From Clostridiales bacterium (GTDB taxonomy: Bacteria; Bacillota; Clostridia; Oscillospirales; CAG-272), in NCBI GenBank assembly GCA_012841635.1, contig DUUJ01000001.1:159-64158 (forward strand): a stretch of DNA of 64,000 nucleotides, written 5' to 3'. A program made the position numbers and the translations under genes. The notes under the pieces are model-generated. The model was not told the DNA's origin. It saw only the letters and a program-made list of their open reading frames with translations, and did not search any database. Below are positions 29,394-38,864 of this stretch, piece after piece (the stretch's first letter is position 1; the number at the start of each line of letters is the position of its first letter).

Positions 29394-29430
29394 ACGGCTC
29401 AGACCGGAATTCCGGTCTGAGCCGTTTATT
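29394..29430. terminator. bidirectional intrinsic terminator
   Basis: ACGGCTCAGACCGG-AATT-CCGGTCTGAGCCGT perfect hairpin followed by a T-rich tract. Confidence 0.8.
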
Positions 29431-29434
29431 ATTT

Positions 29435-29635
29435 TCAGTTGAACAGCATACAGCCCTGTGAGCGGTAATACTCTACCATTTCTTTCAGCCGCGGGATGTC
29501 GGTTTTGAATTTCGCCGCGAGGCAGTCAAAACAGAGAAATTCGGTTACGGCGCGGGAAATAAGCTTTCTCGTAAGACCGATCTCGTCCTGCAAGAGCGTT
29601 TTTCCGCAAACGGAACAGCGGGGCATTTCAGGCAT
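29435..29635 (-). CDS. small CxxC...CxxC zinc-ribbon-like protein
   Basis: 66 aa with two CxxC pairs (CSVC, CFDC); lies 6 nt downstream of the GH27 gene on the same strand. Confidence 0.5.
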   Translation of the reverse strand: MPEMPRCSVCGKTLLQDEIGLTRKLISRAVTEFLCFDCLAAKFKTDIPRLKEMVEYYRSQGCMLFN

Positions 29636-29641
29636 CGCGGC

Positions 29642-30775
29642 TTATATCTTAACAAGCTTCGCGCGATAGAGCAAAGTTTCGTGGGAGTCAACTACCGGGC
29701 ACATGTAATCGCTCTTGATTCCGATGTTTTCTCCGGTAAAGACGTCCGTCATATCAAATCCGTATCCGGAGGAGGCGGGAACGCCGGCGTCGAAGAAATA
29801 GAGCGGCACCTTGGCTTTGTGATCGCTCATGTTGAAGAACGCGAAGGCGTATTCGTTGTCAGCGAGCATCTTCACCAGAACTTTGCAGCGGTTGTTCCAG
29901 GGGTGAGTCGTCGCAACAAAGGGCGGACGCACGTCGGGATCCTGGTTTATCGCGATCAGATCCTTATTCGTCAGCAGCGCTTTTGCGGCGTCGGACATAT
30001 TGCGGACATCGCAGCCGATCATGAGCGGAGCCGAATACATGCACCAAAGGACAAACTGCATCTTATAGTCGATATCGTTGCAGCCGGTGCTTCCGACATT
30101 TCCTTTGCCGTACATTCCGATAGTCAGCATATCAATGTCGTTGAAGCAGTTGGGAGCCGAATAGCAAAGCTTGTCTATCTGGCTTCCGGCAATTTCGGTA
30201 AACGACTCAAAACTGTCGTTGATATCGTAGGTAGAGCGATACATGTGGGCGCCGGTCGAGCGGATCCAGCTGTGAACATCATCTACGCCCCAGTTGCAGG
30301 CGGAGAAGAGGATATCGCGTCCGCAGGCGCGGAGCGCCATGCCCATGCGTCTGTAAAGCATAGGACCGTTTGCCGTTTGCGGCTTGAAGCAGAAATCGTA
30401 TTTTAGGAAGTCAACGCCGTATTCGGCAAATGTCTCGGCATCAAGGAATTCATAGTCAAAGCTGCCGGGATAATCGGCGCAGGTGCGGACGCCGGCGCAG
30501 GAATACATTCCGAACAGCAGTCCCTTTGAATGGACATAGTCGCTGACATACTTCATTCCGTTCGGAAATTTTTCCTTGCACGGGACGATTTTCTTGGTAA
30601 CGGGATCGCGTTCATACTCGCTCCAGCAGTCGTCGATTACCAGATATTTATATCCGGCTTCGAGCAAACCGTTTGCGACCATCGCGTCGGCGGTTTCCAT
30701 AACGACCTTTTCGTTTATGGAGGCACCGAAGGTGTTCCAGGTGTTAAAACCCATTGGCGGCAGCATTACGTTCAT
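29642..30775 (-). CDS. alpha-galactosidase, glycoside hydrolase family 27
   Basis: Start moved to MNVMLPPMGFNTWNTFG (GH27 PPMGWNSWN motif) with an AAAGAGG RBS. YLVIDDCW and FLKYDFC motifs. Confidence 0.85.
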   Translation of the reverse strand: MNVMLPPMGFNTWNTFGASINEKVVMETADAMVANGLLEAGYKYLVIDDCWSEYERDPVTKKIVPCKEKFPNGMKYVSDYVHSKGLLFGMYSCAGVRTCADYPGSFDYEFLDAETFAEYGVDFLKYDFCFKPQTANGPMLYRRMGMALRACGRDILFSACNWGVDDVHSWIRSTGAHMYRSTYDINDSFESFTEIAGSQIDKLCYSAPNCFNDIDMLTIGMYGKGNVGSTGCNDIDYKMQFVLWCMYSAPLMIGCDVRNMSDAAKALLTNKDLIAINQDPDVRPPFVATTHPWNNRCKVLVKMLADNEYAFAFFNMSDHKAKVPLYFFDAGVPASSGYGFDMTDVFTGENIGIKSDYMCPVVDSHETLLYRAKLVKI

Positions 30776-30824
30776 GATTAATACCTCTTTTATTTGATAA
30801 TTCAGTTGCTTTGTTATTTTATAG

Positions 30825-31322
30825 TCATTCGTTGAAAACGAGCACAACAGCCGCGAAAATCAGGAAAAGGAGAGTGGCTGCCGTGGCGATGATTCTCAAT
30901 ACGTTTTCAAGCCGCGTGCGATTTTTGAATATCCGCGCAAGAAGGAGGAAAATCAGCGTTCCCAGCGCGGTACCCAGAGTATTTGTTATCAGGTCGGTTA
31001 TATCGGTTACTCCGACGCCGAGGATGTATTGGAAAAGCTCCAATACCGCGCTGAGTCCGAAGCCGGAAAGTATCGAATATAAAGGTTTTACGCCGAGCAG
31101 GCTGAGATACAGACCGAGCGGGACGAATATAAGTATATTGTCCCTGACCTCGGCGAAATGACCGGTTGTTTCTATGTCGTAATAAAACGGAATCAGGTTA
31201 ATTTCGCGCTGATAGCCTAAATTTAGGCGGAAATCAAGCTTAAACAGGATAATCCATATCAACACCAGGAGATAAACCGAAAGAAGGATGATTGTAAATG
31301 TTTTCTTATTCTTTTCTGTCAA
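30825..31322 (-). CDS. VanZ family membrane protein
   Basis: 165 aa, 4-5 TM segments; NILIFVPLGLYL and ELFQYILGVGVTDITDLITNTLG are VanZ-like. Confidence 0.75.
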   Translation of the reverse strand: MTEKNKKTFTIILLSVYLLVLIWIILFKLDFRLNLGYQREINLIPFYYDIETTGHFAEVRDNILIFVPLGLYLSLLGVKPLYSILSGFGLSAVLELFQYILGVGVTDITDLITNTLGTALGTLIFLLLARIFKNRTRLENVLRIIATAATLLFLIFAAVVLVFNE

Positions 31323-31461
31323 AACAGCCTCCGTATGTAAGATTAATCAACGGATAAATTATATCACCCGCTTCCCTGTTTGTCAAGTATTTTATTTTAT
31401 TAAGCGATTTGCCGCATAAAGCAATAAAGGCACAGCCGAAGCCGTGCCTTTATATTTTGGA

Positions 31462-32544
31462 TTATTCTGCGGTAAGACCCGAACGCTCAATTCCCTGAAC
31501 AAGGAACTGCTGGCCGAACAGGTATACGATTATTAGCGGAGCAATAATCATGAGACCGCAGGTATTTCTTATAGCCGCGACATACAGGTTTTGACCTGCA
31601 TACTGAGTGTCGAGTGACTTCGGAACCGCTACAACGTCGGGCATCAGTTTTATTCCTTCGGTGGTAAAGAATATCTCCGTATAGAAGTTATCCGTCCACT
31701 GCCATGCAAATACAAAGAGGAATATTGTGATCATCATCGTAAAGGAGTTCGGGATGATAATTGCCCAGAAGGTGCGGTAAACCGAATAGCCGTCGATGTA
31801 GGCAGATTCTTCCAGCTCGTTGGGGAAGCCTTTGAAGAACTGACGCATCATGAAGATGTAAAGTCCGTTCTTGAAGCCGAGTCCCGTCATAGAGAGGAGC
31901 GCCAGCGGCCAGAAGGAGTTATTGAGGTTGAGCGAGGTAAACGGGAGTATCTTGGGCAGGTGTCCCAGAACCTTGCCGAACAGCTTGATATCGCCGCCGC
32001 CAAGGAGGTTAAAGATGCCGAAGATATCGAAGTAGCGGAACTTCATGAACATGGAAAGCTGCAGCGTCTGATGCGGTACTACCATCGTGAATATAACGAT
32101 GAAGAAGAGCAGCTTATTGCCCTTGAAGTTGAATTTTGCAAATCCGTAGCCGATTATCGTACATATCAACGTTTGAGTAAAGGCGCAGAATGTAGACAAT
32201 ATAAACGTATTGAACAAGGCCTGGAAGTAGAAGTTGTCGTTGATAATTGCCCGATAGGTATCGAGTGTCGGATATCGCGGAATCAGCTTTACCGTAACAT
32301 CGACGAAGTCGTTCCTGCTCATGAATGATGAGGAAACCTTCGCGAAGAAGGGGTAAAGGATGACATAGGAGATACCGATAAGGAATACGGTGCGGAAGAT
32401 AACGAAAACCGTGTGACCGAGGAAACCGACGTTAAGATATTTAATCTTCCATCTTTCCCATCTTGACGTTTTCACATAGTCCGTATTATAGACTTCCTTA
32501 TCTCTCCTGCGGACCTTGGTATCGGAGGCAGCCGTGTTATTCAT
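31462..32544 (-). CDS. carbohydrate ABC transporter permease (LplC-like)
   Basis: EAA-type loop ESAYIDGYSVYRTFWAIIIP; 6 TM segments. Confidence 0.85.
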   Translation of the reverse strand: MNNTAASDTKVRRRDKEVYNTDYVKTSRWERWKIKYLNVGFLGHTVFVIFRTVFLIGISYVILYPFFAKVSSSFMSRNDFVDVTVKLIPRYPTLDTYRAIINDNFYFQALFNTFILSTFCAFTQTLICTIIGYGFAKFNFKGNKLLFFIVIFTMVVPHQTLQLSMFMKFRYFDIFGIFNLLGGGDIKLFGKVLGHLPKILPFTSLNLNNSFWPLALLSMTGLGFKNGLYIFMMRQFFKGFPNELEESAYIDGYSVYRTFWAIIIPNSFTMMITIFLFVFAWQWTDNFYTEIFFTTEGIKLMPDVVAVPKSLDTQYAGQNLYVAAIRNTCGLMIIAPLIIVYLFGQQFLVQGIERSGLTAE

Positions 32545-32558
32545 TTTTCATTCCTCCT

Positions 32559-33545
32559 TTAATCACGTCTCTGATAGAAGATGTATCCGGAAATCACTGC
32601 TGCAATCGCGGCGACTATCAGGATAACTATAAGGAAGTATATCCATGACATCGCGGAGCTTACCACGTTTCCTCCGGCCTGGTTATAAACATCACCGATG
32701 TATGTCATAACCCGGTTGGTTGAGCTTGTAAAGCTGTCGATGACGGTATAGACGGTGTTGACGAGAATCATCGGAGAGACCATCGGGAAGGTGATCTTCC
32801 AGAAGGTTTCCCAGGTGGTCGCGCCGTCTATCGCGCAGGATTCATAGATGGCGGGGTTGATAGACTGAAGACCGGCCAGGAATACAAGCATCTGAACGCC
32901 GGCGCGGTTGATTATGTTATAGATGTTGTTGATCATCTGTGTAACATATGAAACCATGCCGCCGCCGATTTTCATAGTCTGGAACAGCCAGCTGATATCG
33001 GTCATCGATACTATTTCGGTAACCGCGCTGTTTTCGGTTCCGGTTTCAATCGTTTCCGAGGTGTTTTCCATATACTCAAGCAGGGTGTTGCCTTCGTCGA
33101 TACGAGCGACAAGACCGGTGTTGAGTATGACCGGGATGAAGAATATGGCGCGGAACGCGGCGCGTCCGAACATATCCTGGTTCAGAAGAACCGCCATGAA
33201 CAGAGCGAAGATGACTATCGCCGGGATATCAAACAGCAGCTGCTGGACACCGGATGTCAATGTCTGCACAAAGCTCGGGTCAACGAAGAGAGCTTCCTGA
33301 TAGTTCTCCCAGCCTACGAAGGTGAGGCTGTAGCCTCCTCCCTGAAGGATGTTGATCTTGTTGAAGCTGTACTTAATAGAGTCGAGTACAATCGGAAAGT
33401 AAATTATTACAAGTCCGATTATAAACGGCATTACAAATACCCAGCCGGCCCGGGCTTTACGCGCTGCCAGCGAGGCGCCCCTTCTCTTCTTTTTCGGGGC
33501 AGCGGATACAGTTTTATTCATTGGTATATCGTGCTCCTTCCTCAT
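32559..33545 (-). CDS. sugar ABC transporter permease (LplB-like)
   Basis: ESCAIDGATTWETFWKITFPMVSP loop; basic N-terminal tail typical of LplB-type permeases. Confidence 0.85.
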   Translation of the reverse strand: MRKEHDIPMNKTVSAAPKKKRRGASLAARKARAGWVFVMPFIIGLVIIYFPIVLDSIKYSFNKINILQGGGYSLTFVGWENYQEALFVDPSFVQTLTSGVQQLLFDIPAIVIFALFMAVLLNQDMFGRAAFRAIFFIPVILNTGLVARIDEGNTLLEYMENTSETIETGTENSAVTEIVSMTDISWLFQTMKIGGGMVSYVTQMINNIYNIINRAGVQMLVFLAGLQSINPAIYESCAIDGATTWETFWKITFPMVSPMILVNTVYTVIDSFTSSTNRVMTYIGDVYNQAGGNVVSSAMSWIYFLIVILIVAAIAAVISGYIFYQRRD

Positions 33546-36500
33546 CCTACTCGAATGAACTGCAGAGCTTCGATGGTCTGACCTTCAACCGTAACATTGA
33601 AGCTGTTGAAGTTGAGGTAGAAGACAACACCGTTGGAATAGCTGACTTTTGCAACAGTTCCGAGAGCGGTTGTATACTTGGTCTTCTCGTATTCTTTGGG
33701 AGCGTCTGCTTCTTCGGCTGCGGCGTCTGCTTCTTCGGCGGCAGCATCGGCTTCGCCTTCGGCAGCGGCTGCGTCATCGGCAGCGGTTTCTTCGGCGGCG
33801 GCTTCGGCAGCAGCAGCTTCAGCCTCAAGGTCAATGCCCAGCTCAGCAGCTTCCTCAGCGGCTTTACGTTCTTTAAGAGCAGCAGCTCTTGCGGCTTTCT
33901 CTTCCTTCTTGGCGAGAGCTTCGGCTTCTTCCTGAGCTAAGAGATCGGCTTCGGCCTTGTCGGCAGCGATTTCGTCGTCTGTCGGGATTCGCTCGGCATA
34001 AAGGAATTCGCAGCCTTCGAGTGTCGCACTCTGGCAATCCTTAAGAGCATCATTCAGTATGTTATAATATTTTATGAGGTCGTCGAACCAGATTTCATAA
34101 GATACGGAATAGTATCTCGAAAGGCGCCAGTCTTCTTTCAGCTTCTGGATATTCTGATAGCTCAGCAGGAAGTAAGGCGATGCGCCGCTCTGGATTATCT
34201 TCAGCATCTCATATCTTATATCACCGGCTTCGTTTGTCGGAGTTCCGGCATACTGAACATAACCGTGGAGGATCATGCCCATGAACGGCACCGGCTGGCT
34301 GGAGTAGTAATACAGCGAGCTGTCAAGCGACATATTAAGGATGTGGTCGGCATATTTCAGAGCATAAGCGTTGCCGCAGTCGATCATGAGAGAACCGTAA
34401 TCGGCTTTGATTTTGTCAAAGAGGTCTATGGTAAACTCTCTTGCGTCTTCGCGGTTGTAGGGATCTTTCTTGTCGAAGTCGGAGTTCAGGTCGGAGCCGA
34501 GCGTCGAGACTGAGATACCCATATGATTCAATTTGCCGAACGATTTGTTGAACTTCTCATAAAGTTTGGTGTATACCGAGGGAGATATGGCAACAAGCCA
34601 GGTTCTGCGGTAGGTCTGTTCAACGGAGTCATAGCGGCGTTTGGTGGTATAACGGTTATCGATGGTCTTGATGGCGTCGGTGCGGTGGCTGAAACCGTCT
34701 ATAAGACGTGTGCCGGAAACATAGGCCAAGTCAAAGTCGGGATAGACGGAAATCCCTTTGGATTTGGCATAGTCTATCAGTTCATTGAAGCCTCTGTTGC
34801 CGCCCGCTTTTCTTTCAAACTTAACACGGGTCGGAATGGTGAATTGCATACCGCCGTTGTAGTATCCGGTGAGACGATAGATGACGTTCTTAATGCCGGA
34901 AGCGGCAAGTTCGTCGGTCATCGTCTGGATATCCTCGAAAGTGGTCAGCGGGGTCTTAACCATAACCGGAATCGAAAGAATCGTTGTCTTTGTATCGATA
35001 ACGCCGAAAGTCTCAAGATACAGAGGAATATCACCGGAGGTTCTCGCGGAATCGAGCGGGACAAGGTCGCCCTTGTTTACGAGGTAATCGCGGTAGGCCT
35101 TGGCCATGCCTTCCCAGGAAACCGAGTAATAATCCTTGATGTTGTTTTCTTTCGCCTTGTTTTCGTCGGTCAGCATAATATACTTAATTCTGTAAGAACC
35201 GGTATATTTACGCTTGGAGACGACCGTCCAGGTTGCGTTCTGTCCGACCGAGATAGATTCAGCCAGGTTATAGCTGTCCTTCGGACGCGGATAGAACTGA
35301 GTATAAACGGTTGCGTATTTGTGGAGCGCGCCGCCGTGAGAGGTGGTGATATTCGCCATGGCGTCGCCCTCGGTGATGATTGCGAGGTAGCCGTGATCTT
35401 CATCCAGCGAAGCTTCGTTGTCGACTTCAACTTCTACTTCTTTGCCGGTATCATCAACGGACATCTCGGTGGTTTTGTACTTCACCGTTCCTCTGGCGTT
35501 TTCAACAACGCCGTATACGGGAAGTCTCATCGGCTGCTGATGCGCGCCGCTGATTTCGTGGTAGGCAAAGTCCTGACCGTAGATCTTACCGGAAATCGTA
35601 AGGTTCTTTCCGGCGAAATCTTCGAATCTGACAATCGAGCCGGAGCCGTCCGGAATGAAGGTGTAACCCTTATTCAGATACGAACCGCAGCCGATATACG
35701 GCAGGAACTGGATATAAGTGAGCGAATAGTGGGATTCGTCAAAACGAATTCCGTTAGCCGGGAGTCTGACCTCAAGTCCGTCGTCCTGGAGGCGGTATTC
35801 GAGCGCGAGCTTGAACATCGCAGGCGCGGTTCCGGAGGCGGTATATTCGGTCATCTGATGGTCATAGTCGAGCTCGGAGTAAGAATACTGGGTGCAGTAT
35901 GTCTTGACATAGGACTCGATGAGGTTGACTTCACGCTGTGAAGCGTAGGGGTCAAAGACGTAGACGGCCATCTTGTTGGTGATCGGGAAGGTAGCTTGAA
36001 GCTCCTTGATACCGCGGACCGTAAGTTTCGGGTCAGCCGGGTCTTTTAAGGTATAGAACGCGCTGATCTTCTTGAGAGCGGTTTCATCGGTAATTAAGGA
36101 AAGAATCTGTTCCTCGAAACGGGACTTTTCGATAAGTCTCGGAATGAGCGAACGGGTTTCTTCTTTACCTATGGTATATTCAACGCGGATACCGTTCTTT
36201 ATATTCTTAACATAAATCTGCTCTCTCTTTGCAGCTTCGATGTAAGAATAATAGTTCTTTTCCTGATCGTTGTCGGTAAACTTTATGATTACCTGCGAGA
36301 GCAGCTGAGACTTTGTATCATCCGAGCCGGTCGTCGTGGCTACATCATAGGGGTTTGTGAAGAGGATCTGGCCGCTCTTCTTATTCTTAAGGGCGACCTC
36401 TCCGGAATATTCTTCATAATAAAGCTCATAGTTATCGTTGCTCTGTTTGAGCACCATTGCTTCAAGCTTCTGTTCCGGAGTATTATACACCTGGGTATAA

Positions 36501-36652
36501 TAATCGATTATCTTCTTTTCTTCTTCCTCGCCCTTCTTAGCCGGAGCAGCGTAAACCGGAAGTATTCCGACAGAGCTTAATACTCCGACAACGGAAATCA
36601 CGGAAAGGAAGACTGATACCAATTTTATGAATTTGTTTTTCATATCGGTCAT
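33542..36652 (-). CDS. 1036-aa secreted protein of unknown function (possibly DUF5696-type, hydrolase-like), Ala/Glu-rich insert near the C-terminus
   Basis: N-terminal signal/anchor (KLVSVFLSVISVVGVLSSVGILPVYA). Long uninterrupted ORF whose start overlaps the upstream gene's stop region. The family assignment is from memory of similar operons, not from a search. Confidence 0.7.
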   Translation of the reverse strand: MTDMKNKFIKLVSVFLSVISVVGVLSSVGILPVYAAPAKKGEEEEKKIIDYYTQVYNTPEQKLEAMVLKQSNDNYELYYEEYSGEVALKNKKSGQILFTNPYDVATTTGSDDTKSQLLSQVIIKFTDNDQEKNYYSYIEAAKREQIYVKNIKNGIRVEYTIGKEETRSLIPRLIEKSRFEEQILSLITDETALKKISAFYTLKDPADPKLTVRGIKELQATFPITNKMAVYVFDPYASQREVNLIESYVKTYCTQYSYSELDYDHQMTEYTASGTAPAMFKLALEYRLQDDGLEVRLPANGIRFDESHYSLTYIQFLPYIGCGSYLNKGYTFIPDGSGSIVRFEDFAGKNLTISGKIYGQDFAYHEISGAHQQPMRLPVYGVVENARGTVKYKTTEMSVDDTGKEVEVEVDNEASLDEDHGYLAIITEGDAMANITTSHGGALHKYATVYTQFYPRPKDSYNLAESISVGQNATWTVVSKRKYTGSYRIKYIMLTDENKAKENNIKDYYSVSWEGMAKAYRDYLVNKGDLVPLDSARTSGDIPLYLETFGVIDTKTTILSIPVMVKTPLTTFEDIQTMTDELAASGIKNVIYRLTGYYNGGMQFTIPTRVKFERKAGGNRGFNELIDYAKSKGISVYPDFDLAYVSGTRLIDGFSHRTDAIKTIDNRYTTKRRYDSVEQTYRRTWLVAISPSVYTKLYEKFNKSFGKLNHMGISVSTLGSDLNSDFDKKDPYNREDAREFTIDLFDKIKADYGSLMIDCGNAYALKYADHILNMSLDSSLYYYSSQPVPFMGMILHGYVQYAGTPTNEAGDIRYEMLKIIQSGASPYFLLSYQNIQKLKEDWRLSRYYSVSYEIWFDDLIKYYNILNDALKDCQSATLEGCEFLYAERIPTDDEIAADKAEADLLAQEEAEALAKKEEKAARAAALKERKAAEEAAELGIDLEAEAAAAEAAAEETAADDAAAAEGEADAAAEEADAAAEEADAPKEYEKTKYTTALGTVAKVSYSNGVVFYLNFNSFNVTVEGQTIEALQFIRVG

Positions 36653-36676
36653 AATTTTTCTCCTGTTTCTTTCCGT

Positions 36677-38851
36677 TTACAACCGGTACGATATTTCGGT
36701 CACTATCGCGCCTATAAACGAGACTATCTTGGTGATAAGTCCGGTAAAGAGCAGGATAATGAACATTATAAATGCCATGCCGATTATTGTTCCGACTGAG
36801 GTGAGTATGTTTTTGCCGAGTGTGTAGTCATGCGTGGTCATCATTCCGGTGAAGATCAGTATAGCCATCCATACATAAGCAAAGGTGGTAAGCAGGGTGA
36901 CTACGTTGCCTTCGGCGAGGGTAACCATGTGGGTCGCGATGACTGACGGTATAATAAGCAGCGGAAGCGGGATAACCGAATAGCAGGTCGCTATGAAGAT
37001 ATCCTTGAAGCTTCCTTCGCCGTCGAATAGCGTTGTAAGACACCAGTTCGCGGTAACCCAGAGCAGCAGCGGAACCAGAAGACCCGTCGTCTGAATGAAG
37101 ATGGAGGCATATCCGCCGTGCGGGTTGAAAAGGTAGGACTTACCGATCGCCTGATAGGTGAAGGTAAGAATCGTAACAGCAAGCCAGAAGAAAGCTGCGC
37201 GAACCGAGCCGCGGCGCTCATGCTTGAGGTCCCAGAACCCGTCGAACGGATGGAAGATCACATGGAATCCATAGAGAACTTCCTGCCAGAAAGTGCGTCT
37301 TTCGGTGGAGACGGCGACTCTTCTGTTTACCCTTCCAGCGAATTTGAAGAACTGGCTTATAAGTATTGCGCCTATGACAACAAGAATCGGTATGAGCCAA
37401 ATTATCTTGGAGACAACGTCTTTACGCCACATCTTGAAAGCTGCGGAGTAATTTTCGGTCTCGTATGCGAATTTGTAATACTTCATCGCGCCTTCCCAGT
37501 CGCCGGCGCGATAAAGCGCCTTTCCGATGCCGACGTAAGCGGCGTCGAAATTGGAGTTGCGCTGGAGTATGGCCTGCCAGTCATCTACTGCCTTGTCATA
37601 CTTACGGTCGTTGTTGTTGCGAAGCGCGTTGATGAGGATATCGCCGTATTCGGTGCGGTTATAGACAGTGAAGCTGTCGCGGGTCTTGTCGAGGAGCAGG
37701 AGTTTGTCACCCTGATAAGCGACCGCTTCGATGGAGCTGATGTTGCCCAGCTGCATTCCGGTGTCGCCGAAGGTGAAGAGCATCTTGCCGTCGCCGTCAT
37801 AGGTGTAAACGCGGCTGCGCTTCTCGTCGATAATGGACCAGGTATTTTCCGGACCTATCGCAACGTCGATAATCTTTGACGCGCCTGTGGGAGTGTTGGT
37901 ATCGTATGCAATGCCGCGAACGCTGACTTCGCCGTTCGGAGCAAAGAAGCCGTTGCGGTGCATGATGTCGGCGCCCGAGCTGTTGAGCTTCTTTACCGGG
38001 GCGTAGTCGCCGGACTTGGACCGGATGGCACTCTGCTGCTGCCATTCCTCGATAGAGGAAGTGGTAACATAGATGAAGCCCTTATGGTCGATTGTGATAT
38101 TGTTAAACTCGGTGGATACGTTTTGAACCGAGAGAGCTCTCTGCTCTTCGGTCTGGAACTGTCTCCAGATTATCTGCCACCAGGAAGCGGTTACTTTCTG
38201 CGCGCCGATAAATCCGACGAAGGATCCGTCTGCGTTCAGCGAAATAACGCCCATGTAGGTGGTAGAGGAAATGACATATATACGGCCGGTCGAGTCGACG
38301 GCGCAGGCGACGGGCTTATAGATGCTGTTCGCCGGCATGACGTCGGATTTCGGCTCATGGATGATGCGCTTGAATTCGCCTTCAAGGTCGAAAACAACGA
38401 GACGGTTGTTTTCGGTATCGCAGACGAAGATCTCGTCGGTGGTGACATAGACGCCGGAGGGAGTGTTGAGGCTGTCCGGAACGCCCTGGTCGTTATTGAA
38501 TTCCTTTATGGCGAATTTATACTTGTAATATTCGTTAAGGACGACTATCCGGCTGTTGGCGCCGTCCGCGATGTAAACGTTCTTGTTCTGGTCGACGAAA
38601 AGATCGCGGGGGTCGTCAATCGGAGGGGCTATGCCCTTGCCTGTCGTCTTATCAATCTCAAGATCGGTGACGCCCATATAGACGGAGTCTATTTCAATTT
38701 CGGGGGTATATGCGTCCGGGGAAGCCATATCAAAACCGTCAACCGAGTAGGTATAGGTAAGATAGGATGCCGAACCGAACATCGAGATTGAACCCAACAG
38801 CATTACGGCGCAGAGGGCAGTCGCCGTGAAAATTGTGAATTTTCTTTTCAT
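36677..38851 (-). CDS. NHL-repeat beta-propeller / TPR / Yip1-domain membrane fusion protein
   Basis: Signal peptide. NHL-like blades (VYIADGANSRIVVLN, IFVCDTENNRLVVFD, GRIYVISS). TPR-like AYVGIGKALYRAGDWEGAMKYYKFAYE. C-terminal 5-TM Yip1-like region beginning YGFHVIFHPFDGFWDLKHERRGS. Confidence 0.7.
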   Translation of the reverse strand: MKRKFTIFTATALCAVMLLGSISMFGSASYLTYTYSVDGFDMASPDAYTPEIEIDSVYMGVTDLEIDKTTGKGIAPPIDDPRDLFVDQNKNVYIADGANSRIVVLNEYYKYKFAIKEFNNDQGVPDSLNTPSGVYVTTDEIFVCDTENNRLVVFDLEGEFKRIIHEPKSDVMPANSIYKPVACAVDSTGRIYVISSTTYMGVISLNADGSFVGFIGAQKVTASWWQIIWRQFQTEEQRALSVQNVSTEFNNITIDHKGFIYVTTSSIEEWQQQSAIRSKSGDYAPVKKLNSSGADIMHRNGFFAPNGEVSVRGIAYDTNTPTGASKIIDVAIGPENTWSIIDEKRSRVYTYDGDGKMLFTFGDTGMQLGNISSIEAVAYQGDKLLLLDKTRDSFTVYNRTEYGDILINALRNNNDRKYDKAVDDWQAILQRNSNFDAAYVGIGKALYRAGDWEGAMKYYKFAYETENYSAAFKMWRKDVVSKIIWLIPILVVIGAILISQFFKFAGRVNRRVAVSTERRTFWQEVLYGFHVIFHPFDGFWDLKHERRGSVRAAFFWLAVTILTFTYQAIGKSYLFNPHGGYASIFIQTTGLLVPLLLWVTANWCLTTLFDGEGSFKDIFIATCYSVIPLPLLIIPSVIATHMVTLAEGNVVTLLTTFAYVWMAILIFTGMMTTHDYTLGKNILTSVGTIIGMAFIMFIILLFTGLITKIVSFIGAIVTEISYRL

Positions 38852-38864
38852 ATGTAACCCTCCC

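Larger units (their letters stand above)
25830..29430 (+). repeat. tandem segmental duplication (two ~1.85-kb units, each promoter + SBP gene + terminator)
   Basis: Promoters, leaders, CDSs and terminators of 25.83-27.57 kb and 27.69-29.43 kb align position for position by eye. Confidence 0.85.

Noticed and set aside
33547-33940. A cluster of Ala/Ser/Leu/Arg-rich ORFs on both strands
   Set aside because: They are artefacts of the Ala/Glu-rich low-complexity tract of the 1036-aa protein, which keeps several frames open.
34523-35941. 472-aa plus-strand ORF (also 37118-37879, 37958-38791, 11677-12609, 13464-14243, 29681-30406)
   Set aside because: Each lies antisense to a longer ORF that has clear family motifs. 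Their Val/Gly/Arg/Ala-rich, low-complexity composition is what the reverse complement of GC-rich coding sequence produces.
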